Virus record (IMG/VR): IMGVR_UViG_3300037851_000996
Span: 1-25,104 of that record
Direction: 5' to 3' (one strand)
Source of the DNA: a virus
Lineage: Duplodnaviria; Caudoviricetes
DNA: 25,104 nucleotides
Shown here: positions 16,996-25,104 of the stretch, one piece after another
Position numbering within the stretch: position 1 is the stretch's first letter
Layout: every line of letters starts with the position of its first letter
Made by a program: the position numbers and the translations under genes
The notes under the pieces: model-generated
What the model saw: the letters and a program-made list of their open reading frames with translations, nothing else
Databases searched by the model: none
Told to the model about the DNA's origin: nothing

Positions 16996-17505
16996 GTGAC
17001 CATTCGCGAACAACTCAACCAGCTCCTCGCCGCCCTCCAACTCTGGGCCCCTACCTGCTCCGCCCGCGTCCACATCGCCTCCGACCAGGTCCACGTCCTC
17101 GACCTCCTCCGCGCCTCCCCGGGCGCTCCCACAGCCGCGTTGCTGTTCACCAGCGAAGACCCTCGCGGCGACTACTCCGAACTCGGCATGGTCGACCGCC
17201 ATTTCAAACTCGTCCTCTCCCGCTCCCGCGGCTTCCGCATCGACACCGGCGAATCCCTCTCCGACTCCTCGGGCCCGGCCGGCGCCAAACCCATGTTCGA
17301 CCTTATCGAGGAAGTCCGCGAAATGGTCCGCCAACTCAAATTCTCCGCCGAAACCACCGAGCAAATCCCCGATTACCGCGGCGCCGGCCCCTTCGAAATC
17401 CAGGGCTTCGTCCTCGACGCCTTCGAAGTCCGCTTCTCCATCGGCACCCAAATCCCGCGCGCCGACGAAACCCCGGACGCCGCGGACCACGAGGAACAGC
17501 TATGA
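16996..17505 (+). CDS. Probable tail terminator/neck protein (Mu gp37 position)
   Basis: Synteny, size and C-ending codon usage; GTG start. Confidence 0.6.
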   Translation: MTIREQLNQLLAALQLWAPTCSARVHIASDQVHVLDLLRASPGAPTAALLFTSEDPRGDYSELGMVDRHFKLVLSRSRGFRIDTGESLSDSSGPAGAKPMFDLIEEVREMVRQLKFSAETTEQIPDYRGAGPFEIQGFVLDAFEVRFSIGTQIPRADETPDAADHEEQL

Positions 17506-20500
17506 ATCTCAAATCTCAACTCTCAGCCATTGGCCATTGGCCGTTGGTCATCCTGTTCATCTTGTTCATCCTGTCTCCTTCAGCCTTTTCCGCCGACGTC
17601 TTCTTCTCCCTCGAAGACTTCGCCGCTTCCCCCACCACCAACCGCTCCGTCCTCATCACCCCGCTCTCCCTCACCGCCTCTCCCGGCCGCCTCGCCGCCT
17701 ACGATCGCGCCCTCTACAACTCCGGCACCAACGGCTTCTTCTGGGTCTCCAACATGCTCGCCGGCACCTACCAGGTCACCATCCAAGCCCCGCCCGCGGC
17801 CTCCCGCTTCACCATCTACATCGACCCCACTAACTCCATCCTCTACGCCGGCTCCAACACCGTCGCCTCTCCCTCCGCCACCTGGCCCCCGGCCTCCGTC
17901 GCCTGGTCCGCCTCCGCCTCCGACCTCCGGTACCAGCGCGTGGGGCAAGTCGCCGCCAACGTCATCTGGCCCACCGCCGGCGACAACGTCACCGCCGAAA
18001 CCAACGGCCTCGCCGTCCGCATAAGCGCCCAGGCCGCTGGCCTCGACACCAATGCCGTCACCGCCATCGCCGCCGACGAAGCCGCCAAAGTCACCAACAG
18101 TCTCCCCCCCCAGCTCGCCGCCAAAGCAAACACCAACGCAACCTGGTCCCTCTCCAGCATCACCGACGCCGGCGACCTCGCCTACTCCAACGCCGCCACC
18201 GCGCGAGTCGCCGTGTCCACAAGCTCGGTCAATGCCACCAACCTCGCCAGCGGCGGCACCCTCGCCGGCGCCACCGCCAGCCAAGCCGGCGCTCCACCAA
18301 ACGGCAACTGGAGCCTCGACTGGGGCGCCATGACCTTCCGTATCATCCCGCTCGACGAGACCTTCTACTTCGACAACGGCACCGTCGCCGCCTCCAATTT
18401 CTCCGGCGCCTTCACCGGCTCCGGCGCTGCAGTTACTGACCTCAACGCCGCTCAACTCGCCAGCGGCACGGTGCCGACCGCCCGGCTCGGCTCCGGCACC
18501 GCCAACTCCTCCACCTACCTCCGCGGCGACTCTACCTGGGCCACGCCGCCAGGCGGCGGCGGCATCACCGAGGCCACAGCCACAAATATTTCCGCCTACC
18601 AGGTGGAGGTATCGGGCAACGACATTAGCATCCACTCCCGGTGGCTATTTGCGAAGGCGCTTAACATCATCAGCAATAACCTATCGCAGATCAGCGCCGT
18701 TACCTTGGGGGATTCAACGGTCTGCTACATGCCCTCTCGCACGACTGGCAAGGGGCTGCAATTCGTCAACCAACTACAGAAGGTCTTTGGCGTGTCGGGC
18801 TATGGCTTGGGCCGCATGACAGCCGAAACCACCCTGGGGGACGTCACAACGCACGACGCGGATGATTTTGCCACTTGGATCACGGGCAGCTACCACACGA
18901 TCAACCCCACCGGCTCGGTGCGCTATGACCTCGATTACAACGATTACGTGAGCGCCAACCAGGTCCGGGTATTCTACCTCGCATCAAGCGGCGCGGGCAC
19001 GCTGGACGTGCAGAAGTACGAAAGCGACGCGGTGACCGGGAGTGCGGGAAGCTTCTCGGCGGACAACGGGGGGGCACTGGCGTGCGTTGTCACTAACTTC
19101 CCGCTCGCGCTAGGGAATTATCAAGTCGTCCTAACAAACACGAGCGCCGCCGCCGTAAGCGTCCTGGGCGTTGCACTCATCAACACCAATGCGCCTGGGG
19201 TCATCTCCTGGCAGCTTGGCTACGGGGGGATCGAGTGCAGAAGCAGCACCAACGCCAATGTCGGCATCTTACAGACCGTCCTCTCCAGTATTCAGCCTGA
19301 CATTGTGCTGGTGGAGTGGAAAGAGACTGCCACAAACGATTTCGCTAGCGCGCTCCAATGGCATCAGGACGTCTGGGGGCAGGTCAAAGACTCCGACTGG
19401 CTCTATATCGGCACCTCACCCTCGTACAACGACACGCTGCAATACTCGGTCGTCAACAACGCAACGATGTTCCGGCACGCCGTCGCCAATAGGCAAGGCT
19501 GGTTCGACGCGAATCGACTTTATCGGGATATGCAGAGCATCACCAATCTACTGTGGCAAGAGGATGGGATTCACCTGACCTACGCGGCCAACCGATACGC
19601 CGCCGCACGTATGTGGTCACTGTTTGGCATGGATATGCTGGCTGATGAGTATATCCGCAACAAAGTGTGGTCGGTCACCGGCACTAACAGCTTCTTTCGC
19701 GGCCGCCTCGCCCTCCTCAGCTCCAGCGCTACGGGAATAGGCCTCACCATTCACAGAGACGTCGCAACAAACCAATTCCTGAATATTTCGGAGGATGACG
19801 GCTCCCGGCACCTGATTCGCGGATACGGCGCCAGCACGCCAATGCACTACGTCAACGGCGCGAACTCCGACACCGTCGGCCATATATTCTACGTCAAAAC
19901 AAATGTAGGTGCGATGGAGGTGACAAAGACTAAAACCGAGGTTTACCAAGGCTATTTCGCCGCTCCCAAAATCTACAACGGTGGAAATCTGACCAATGTC
20001 GGGAACCTTGATGTTCGCGGCGGGATTTACGGCAATGCCATTGGCATTTCCAACGCTCCGCTTGCGGCTCTGGCATCGTCTGGGGCTAGCACAAATCAGA
20101 TCCCGAAGTGGGACGGCACTGCGTGGGTTCCGGCCAATGACGAAGGCGGCGCAGGAGGAGGGACCGAATATGTGGCCCCAGGGCAGGGCACGTCCGTGCG
20201 GACCAACGCGAGCACCTACAGCGTGGATGTGACTGGGGCTCTGACGAACCCCGTGACTGGAAACATCACGTCTAGTGTGGCGCAGGCCGCCCTGGTGATT
20301 GGCACAAACGTTGACGTGATAGCCGATGTAGGGACAAGCACGGGCTTGCGTATCAAACGCTCGAATAATCAGTCCCAATATCTCGATATAAACGAGAGCG
20401 ACGGCTCGTATCACCTTTTCCGGGGCTACGGCGTAAAGGAAATGCGATTTGTGAACGGTGGCGCAGACGAAACCGGATTTAAGTTTGTAGTCCAAACCAA

Positions 20501-20789
20501 TGCCGAGGCGTTTGTCATTACCAAGAGCAAAACCAGCGTAAACCAGGGCTATTTCGAGGCGCTAAAGATTCGCAATGCGGGCGGGTTGACGAATGACGGG
20601 CCGGTGTACGCACAGAGTCTCACAGGCACCAACGGCTATTGGATGCCCACCAACGCCCTCTCCGCCTGGCCCACCGCCCCGCGCACATACGGCGAAGCCT
20701 ACTGGGCCAACTCCAACGGCGTCATCTACCTCCTCACCAGCCTCCCCAACAGCCTCACCTGGTCCGCCACCAACAAAATCGCCCCATAA
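17502..20789 (+). CDS. Large fibre/adhesin-like protein with signal peptide and SGNH-hydrolase domain
   Basis: N-terminal hydrophobic core followed by AFS/A; VPTARLGSGTANSSTYLRGDSTW fibre-type motif; TLGDS (18702-18716) and DGIH (19563-19574); duplicated module of about 88 aa. Confidence 0.75.
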   Translation: MNLKSQLSAIGHWPLVILFILFILSPSAFSADVFFSLEDFAASPTTNRSVLITPLSLTASPGRLAAYDRALYNSGTNGFFWVSNMLAGTYQVTIQAPPAASRFTIYIDPTNSILYAGSNTVASPSATWPPASVAWSASASDLRYQRVGQVAANVIWPTAGDNVTAETNGLAVRISAQAAGLDTNAVTAIAADEAAKVTNSLPPQLAAKANTNATWSLSSITDAGDLAYSNAATARVAVSTSSVNATNLASGGTLAGATASQAGAPPNGNWSLDWGAMTFRIIPLDETFYFDNGTVAASNFSGAFTGSGAAVTDLNAAQLASGTVPTARLGSGTANSSTYLRGDSTWATPPGGGGITEATATNISAYQVEVSGNDISIHSRWLFAKALNIISNNLSQISAVTLGDSTVCYMPSRTTGKGLQFVNQLQKVFGVSGYGLGRMTAETTLGDVTTHDADDFATWITGSYHTINPTGSVRYDLDYNDYVSANQVRVFYLASSGAGTLDVQKYESDAVTGSAGSFSADNGGALACVVTNFPLALGNYQVVLTNTSAAAVSVLGVALINTNAPGVISWQLGYGGIECRSSTNANVGILQTVLSSIQPDIVLVEWKETATNDFASALQWHQDVWGQVKDSDWLYIGTSPSYNDTLQYSVVNNATMFRHAVANRQGWFDANRLYRDMQSITNLLWQEDGIHLTYAANRYAAARMWSLFGMDMLADEYIRNKVWSVTGTNSFFRGRLALLSSSATGIGLTIHRDVATNQFLNISEDDGSRHLIRGYGASTPMHYVNGANSDTVGHIFYVKTNVGAMEVTKTKTEVYQGYFAAPKIYNGGNLTNVGNLDVRGGIYGNAIGISNAPLAALASSGASTNQIPKWDGTAWVPANDEGGAGGGTEYVAPGQGTSVRTNASTYSVDVTGALTNPVTGNITSSVAQAALVIGTNVDVIADVGTSTGLRIKRSNNQSQYLDINESDGSYHLFRGYGVKEMRFVNGGADETGFKFVVQTNAEAFVITKSKTSVNQGYFEALKIRNAGGLTNDGPVYAQSLTGTNGYWMPTNALSAWPTAPRTYGEAYWANSNGVIYLLTSLPNSLTWSATNKIAP

Positions 20790-20834
20790 AAACCAACCCT
20801 CAACCCTCATCCCTCAACCCTCAACCTCTCCAAA

Positions 20835-21227
20835 ATGAGCACTCCAACCATCAAATCATCCGCCAACATCGCCATCCTGTGGGGCACCGAAAATGCCACC
20901 AACAACACCGCGGGATTCAAACTCGAAACCCTCACCATCACCCCCAAAAACTCCGACCCCGTCGACATCGAGGACGGCGACGGGTTTACCGCCGTCCAGG
21001 TCGGTCTCAAGGACGGCTTCAACGCCAAGGGCACTGGCCTCTACGACTCCAACCGCGCCCTCCCCGCCGAAGGCGCCAACGTCCAGCTCGTCATCCCCAA
21101 ATCCGACGGCAACGCCGGCACCCAGGTCATCAACTGCACCTTCTGGTCCTTTGGCTTCACCAGGTCCCGAAAAAAAGAAGCCATCATCGAACTCAACCTC
21201 ACCCACAGACCCAACCTCAACACCTAA
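20835..21227 (+). CDS. Probable tail tube protein
   Basis: 130 aa, beta-rich, directly upstream of the chaperone and tape measure genes. Confidence 0.65.
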   Translation: MSTPTIKSSANIAILWGTENATNNTAGFKLETLTITPKNSDPVDIEDGDGFTAVQVGLKDGFNAKGTGLYDSNRALPAEGANVQLVIPKSDGNAGTQVINCTFWSFGFTRSRKKEAIIELNLTHRPNLNT

Positions 21228-21237
21228 TATACTATCT

Positions 21238-21924
21238 ATGGGCGATAAAGACCTTGGCAGGGATCCCGCACCCGCGGGAAACCTTCCTTCCCACCATCCT
21301 GTCAATCCTGTTCATCCTGTCTCAGGCTCCCCAGAGCTCTATCCCGGTGCCAACGCCGACGCCGCCCGCTCCGCCGCCCGCGCCCGCGCCATCGCCCAGG
21401 CCAACGCCGACCCTCTCCCCGGTCCGCTCCTCGACGCCTTCGCCCACGTCCCCGAAACCATCTTTGGCCCGGGCGGCACGCCCCTGACCATCCGCCCCCT
21501 CGTCGCCTACGACTTCGTCATCCTCCGCAAACTCGACTCCCCGCTCCTCGCCCAGCTCGCCAAGGCCGCTGATCCCTCAACCCTCAACCCTCAACCCTCA
21601 ACCACTTTTCCCGACGAATCCGCCTACGAGATGATCCTCCAATTCACTCGCCCCATCCGCGACTCCGTCGCCCTCATCGCCAAAGGCCGCGCCGCCTTCC
21701 GCCAAACCGCCCTCGAACAAATCGGCTTCCTCCTCGGTCCCGTCGAAGTCGCCCTCCTCATCAAAGCCATCGAACGCGAGTTCCTGAGAAGCTTCTCCAC
21801 CGTCGTCAAATACTCCCCGGGCCAATCATCCGGAGATAGCGGGGGAACGGTTTTTACTCCGCCACCAGCGGCGCCGGCGCCGACGACGGCCTCGGCTGGT
21901 GGCTCGAATACCTCTGCCGTTTGA
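21238..21924 (+). CDS. Tail assembly chaperone (gpG-type)
   Basis: Lies between the tube and tape measure genes; LTIRPL motif; slippery site near the 3' end. Confidence 0.7.
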   Translation: MGDKDLGRDPAPAGNLPSHHPVNPVHPVSGSPELYPGANADAARSAARARAIAQANADPLPGPLLDAFAHVPETIFGPGGTPLTIRPLVAYDFVILRKLDSPLLAQLAKAADPSTLNPQPSTTFPDESAYEMILQFTRPIRDSVALIAKGRAAFRQTALEQIGFLLGPVEVALLIKAIEREFLRSFSTVVKYSPGQSSGDSGGTVFTPPPAAPAPTTASAGGSNTSAV

Positions 21925-22094
21925 TGCGCGATTATGCTCTACCTCGGGACTACATCCTCTTCGATCTTCCGATGGTCCAGGGATTCGCTTACTGCGCCGC
22001 CGCCATCGAACTCCACATGCGCTCCGACCCCTGGTCCACCCTCGAGCGCGACTCCGACGCCTACATCGCCCAGCACTGGCAGCAAAAACTCTAA
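21849..22094 (+). CDS. -1 frameshift extension of the chaperone (gpGT-type)
   Basis: G GTT TTT at 21849-21855; the -1 frame is open to TAA 22092-22094: YSATSGAGADDGLGWWLEYLCRLMRDYALPRDYILFDLPMVQGFAYCAAAIE... Confidence 0.75.
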   Translation, partial: GFYSATSGAGADDGLGWWLEYLCRLMRDYALPRDYILFDLPMVQGFAYCAAAIELHMRSDPWSTLERDSDAYIAQHWQQKL

Positions 22095-22109
22095 GGCCCC
22101 TCCTCTCGA

Positions 22110-22299
22110 TCTCTGTGTTCTCCGTGCCCTCTATGGCTTTTTTCCCATCCCCACTTCGAACTTCGCCATTCGAACTTCGAACTTTTCCCCTTCCCGGTCT
22201 CTGGTCTTTGGTCTTTGGTCTCTAGTCTCCCCTTCATCCTTCATCCTTTAGCCTTTAGCCTTTAGCCTTTCCCCAACCCTCAACCCTCAACCCTCAACC
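22110..22299 (+). repeat. Compound array of five repeat families before the tape measure gene
   Basis: CTCTGTGTT, TTCGAAC, GGTCTCT/GGTCTTT, CCTTCAT/CCTTTAG and ACCCTCA blocks in series. Confidence 0.9.
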
Positions 22300-22304
22300 A
22301 CCCT

Positions 22305-23696
22305 ATGGCCAACGTCCTCTCCTTCACCCTCGGCCTCGAAACCTCCCAATTCCTCCGCAACCTCGGCCTCGCCTCCGGCGGCATCCTCTCCCTCGCCGGC
22401 CTCGCCCAGGGCCTTCGCGCCGTCACCCAAGGCGTCTGGGGCGCCATCGAACGCGGCGGCCAGCTCAACGACCTCTCCAACCGCACCGGTCAATCCGTCT
22501 CCAACCTCTTCAAACTCCAGGAAGCCTTCAAAGTCGTCGGCCTCTCCGCCGACTCCGTCCCCTCCACCATCCTCAGACTCCAGCGCTCCCTGAGCGGTAT
22601 GAGTGAAACCGGCGAGCGCACCGACAAAGCCTTCTCCCGCCTCGGCCTCAAGCTCGACGACCTCAAGCGCCTCGACGCCCCGGCCCAGTTCGACCGCCTC
22701 GGCAAAGCCCTCGCCAAACTCAACTCCTCCGACGCCGCCGCCATCGCTCAAACCCTTTTCGGCCGCGAAGGCTCCGGCAACATGCTCCAGCTCGCGCGCG
22801 ACGCGCAAGGCTTCCGCGACGCCCTCGCGGCCGCCGCGCCGGCCGCCGCCGTCTTCCAGCGCACCGCCGCCGCCTTCGACAAAATCGGCGACACCATCGC
22901 CTTGATAAAAACCCAGATCAGCGGCATGTGGGCCGGCATCGCCGAGGGCATCGCCTCTTCCCTCCAGAACGTACTCGGCTGGCTCAACTCCGCCGATTTT
23001 GTGGGCTTCGGCCAGCGCATCGGGCGCGAGTTCGCCATCCTGGGCGAAGCCATCGCTCAGTCAAAACTCGACGAACTCCTCGCCCTCGCCCTCAAAGCCG
23101 GCATCCAGGACGCCGCCAACTTCATGACCTACCAATTCGCCGACGTGTCTAAATCATTCATCGACGCTATAACGCCAAGCTCGGACTTCTGGTCCAAACT
23201 CTGGAACGGCTTCAAAGGCGTCATCACCGGCATCCTCGCCATCTGGGACCTTATCGGCGCCCAACTCGGCATCCCGGGCGCGCAGGAAAAAGCCGACGAA
23301 CGAATCGACCAGGCCAACCAATTCTTCGAACGCGCCGGCATCTCCGGCGGCCTCCTCGACAAATCCGCCGACGCCTACCAGAAAGGCCGAGAGAACGCTC
23401 GCAACGAATACCGCGAGCAGTACAACGCGGTGCGGGCTGCTTTAGCCTCCGACGCGGCCGCGCGGACACAATCGACGCAAACGCAGGTTGCTGCGCCCAC
23501 ACCCTACGAGCCCGTCACCGGCCGCTACAAACTCTCCAACTGGGAAAAAATGGGCCTCATCTTCCGCGGCGGCGACGTCCAAATGGAACAGCAATACGGC
23601 AAAACCACCGCCGATAACACCCGCAAAACCTACGAAGCCATCCGCGATCTGACCAAAACCGTTAAACTCGGCGGAACCTCCTTCCAACGCCGTTGA
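22305..23696 (+). CDS. Tape measure protein (short, 463 aa)
   Basis: LGLETSQF start, QLNDLSNRTG, AFSRLGL and LFGREG motifs; Ala-rich and helical; follows the chaperone. Confidence 0.88.
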   Translation: MANVLSFTLGLETSQFLRNLGLASGGILSLAGLAQGLRAVTQGVWGAIERGGQLNDLSNRTGQSVSNLFKLQEAFKVVGLSADSVPSTILRLQRSLSGMSETGERTDKAFSRLGLKLDDLKRLDAPAQFDRLGKALAKLNSSDAAAIAQTLFGREGSGNMLQLARDAQGFRDALAAAAPAAAVFQRTAAAFDKIGDTIALIKTQISGMWAGIAEGIASSLQNVLGWLNSADFVGFGQRIGREFAILGEAIAQSKLDELLALALKAGIQDAANFMTYQFADVSKSFIDAITPSSDFWSKLWNGFKGVITGILAIWDLIGAQLGIPGAQEKADERIDQANQFFERAGISGGLLDKSADAYQKGRENARNEYREQYNAVRAALASDAAARTQSTQTQVAAPTPYEPVTGRYKLSNWEKMGLIFRGGDVQMEQQYGKTTADNTRKTYEAIRDLTKTVKLGGTSFQRR

Positions 23697-23763
23697 CCCC
23701 TTCACCATTTGCCATCTGCCATCGCCCATTCTCAAATCTTAAATCTTAACTCTTAAATCTGAA

Positions 23764-24108
23764 ATGAAACTCCTCTCCCTCTCCCTCGCCTCCACCACCG
23801 ACGCCCCGTTCCCTGAACCCCGCGGCTTCATCACCACTCTCCGTGACGAACCCTCCCCGGGCTTCATCCGCCACATCTCCCTCGGCGCCGCCGGCCTCAT
23901 CATCCGCCACGGCGACCAGGCCGTCGCCATCCCCCTCTCCGAGCTCCTCCGCGCCGCCGAATCCGCCGAACCCGACCTCGCCCCGCCTCGTAGCGCAGAT
24001 TTGTCCCGCGACGGCGGGACCGTATCGCAGGTTTCCAACCTGCATCCCCCGCTTTCGCCCGCTCCCTCCGAGCCTCCCAAATCTCAAATCTCAAATCTCA
24101 AATCTTAA
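23764..24108 (+). CDS. Hypothetical protein
   Basis: ATG after an A-rich array, C-ending codons; the C-terminus is repeat-derived (KSQISNLKS). Confidence 0.55.
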   Translation: MKLLSLSLASTTDAPFPEPRGFITTLRDEPSPGFIRHISLGAAGLIIRHGDQAVAIPLSELLRAAESAEPDLAPPRSADLSRDGGTVSQVSNLHPPLSPAPSEPPKSQISNLKS

Positions 24109-24117
24109 ATCCCTCAG

Positions 24118-24870
24118 ATGCCTTCCCCCACTTTCGTCCCCGCCTCCCCGGCCCTCGTCCTCCAACCCGAGTCCGCCGAACTCGACTACGCCGACAAAGC
24201 CACCTACACCCAGGTCTATCGCGGTCCCTACTCCCTTTGCGTCTCCTCCGCCTCCCCCAAAGGCACTCTCGGCACCGGCGCTCTCGCCGGCTACACCGTC
24301 ATTCGCTCCACCGTCTCGCGCGAGCCCCGCGGCATCGGCAAGCTCACCACCATCTGGGAACTCACCACCCCACCGGGCGGCACCCAACTCCCCCCGGACG
24401 AAGTCGCCTTCGAACCCTGGGAACTCAACCCCCGCATCGAAAAACACCCTCGCTACGCCGGCCTCGCCGACGTCGGCGCTAACCACACCAACTTCTTCCA
24501 AGCCATCCGCGACGCCCTCAACCATCCCGACGAAGCAGTCCGCTCGACGGCAGAATTTGGCATCAAAGACGCCGTCGTCGGCAACGCCCTCGCCGCCGAG
24601 CTCCTCGAAAAACTCCAAAAAGGCCAGGACACCTTCTACCGCTGCGGCATCAAATACACCCACTCCTTCCATTCCCTCACCGCCCCAGCCTGCACCATCG
24701 GCGGCTACATCGAAACCCCAACCGGCCCGCTCGCCTCCTCCCTCAGCTCCTTCCAATGCCTCCGCCAGGCCGACTCCCTCGTCTGGACCGGCTCCTTCTG
24801 GAAATGCACCCGCACCTGGCTCGCCGCTCCCGACGCCGACTGGGACTCCGACCTCTACACCGCCTCATGA
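24118..24870 (+). CDS. Probable distal tail/baseplate protein
   Basis: 250 aa after the tape measure gene; IEKHPRY motif; typical codon bias. Confidence 0.65.
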   Translation: MPSPTFVPASPALVLQPESAELDYADKATYTQVYRGPYSLCVSSASPKGTLGTGALAGYTVIRSTVSREPRGIGKLTTIWELTTPPGGTQLPPDEVAFEPWELNPRIEKHPRYAGLADVGANHTNFFQAIRDALNHPDEAVRSTAEFGIKDAVVGNALAAELLEKLQKGQDTFYRCGIKYTHSFHSLTAPACTIGGYIETPTGPLASSLSSFQCLRQADSLVWTGSFWKCTRTWLAAPDADWDSDLYTAS

Positions 24871-24949
24871 GCCATCCTGTCAATCCTGTTAATCCTGTCC
24901 CTCTTGCCGACTCTGGGCTCTCTGTGTTCTCTGTGGCTTCCCTCCCCTC

Positions 24950-25104
24950 ATGAAACGCTCCCCACTCGAACAATCCGGCGACGTCCGCGACGACTGGCGC
25001 CGCATCAACGAACTCGACTCCGGCCTTTCCTCCCTCCACGCCACCATCGACTCCCTCAAAGCCGACGTCGCCTTCCTCCGCCAGTCCCTCCTCGCCATGA
25101 CCCG
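24950..25104 (+). CDS. Hypothetical tail-region protein, truncated by the window edge
   Basis: MKRSPLEQSGDVRDDWRRINELDSGLSSLHATIDSLKADVAFLRQSLLAMT, open to the end of the window. Confidence 0.6.
   Translation, partial: MKRSPLEQSGDVRDDWRRINELDSGLSSLHATIDSLKADVAFLRQSLLAMT

Noticed and set aside
20625-20789. Fibre C-terminus as a DGR variable region
   Set aside because: It has several AAC codons, but no template-repeat copy or reverse transcriptase is present in the window.
20893-21237. Long N-terminal extension of the chaperone ORF given in the ORF track
   Set aside because: It overlaps the tail tube gene in another frame and is Pro/Ser/Thr-rich; ATG 21238 fits better.
11955-22299. Repeat clusters as a CRISPR array
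   Set aside because: Units are 7-9 bp in tandem, without unique spacers or cas genes.

Overview
The window is the central part of a temperate phage or prophage with Mu-like (gp25-gp37-type) morphogenesis genes. A Verrucomicrobia-like host is inferred, unconfirmed, from the Thr-Asn-rich exported proteins. From left to right: a leftward early operon (DUF3102-like protein, small ORFs, lambda-O-like winged-helix protein, Cro/Ner-like HTH); a divergent RHH-type regulator and an AT-rich control region; a leftward late operon (holin/lipoprotein, gp25/gp26-like, TerS, TerL, FN3-like exported protein, portal, MuF with a JAB-like C-terminus plus small acidic ORF, gpG); and a rightward late operon (protease/scaffold, capsid, cement, FkbM methyltransferase, glycosyltransferase, gp36, gp37-like, SGNH fibre-like protein, tail tube, frameshifted chaperone, tape measure, tail proteins). 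No transposase, integrase, endolysin, RNA gene or CRISPR array is visible. The most unusual features are: (i) a 144-bp dyad-symmetric region between the two late operons, probably a bidirectional promoter; (ii) a 43-bp dyad site found once inside the DUF3102-like gene and twice in the control region; (iii) about a dozen families of 7-9-bp tandem arrays at most gene junctions and inside genes, two of which encode signal-peptide cores; (iv) a C-over-G strand bias independent of gene direction; and (v) exported, sequon-rich proteins plus glycan-modifying enzymes inside the structural operons. All protein assignments come from motifs recognised by eye and from synteny; no searches were run.
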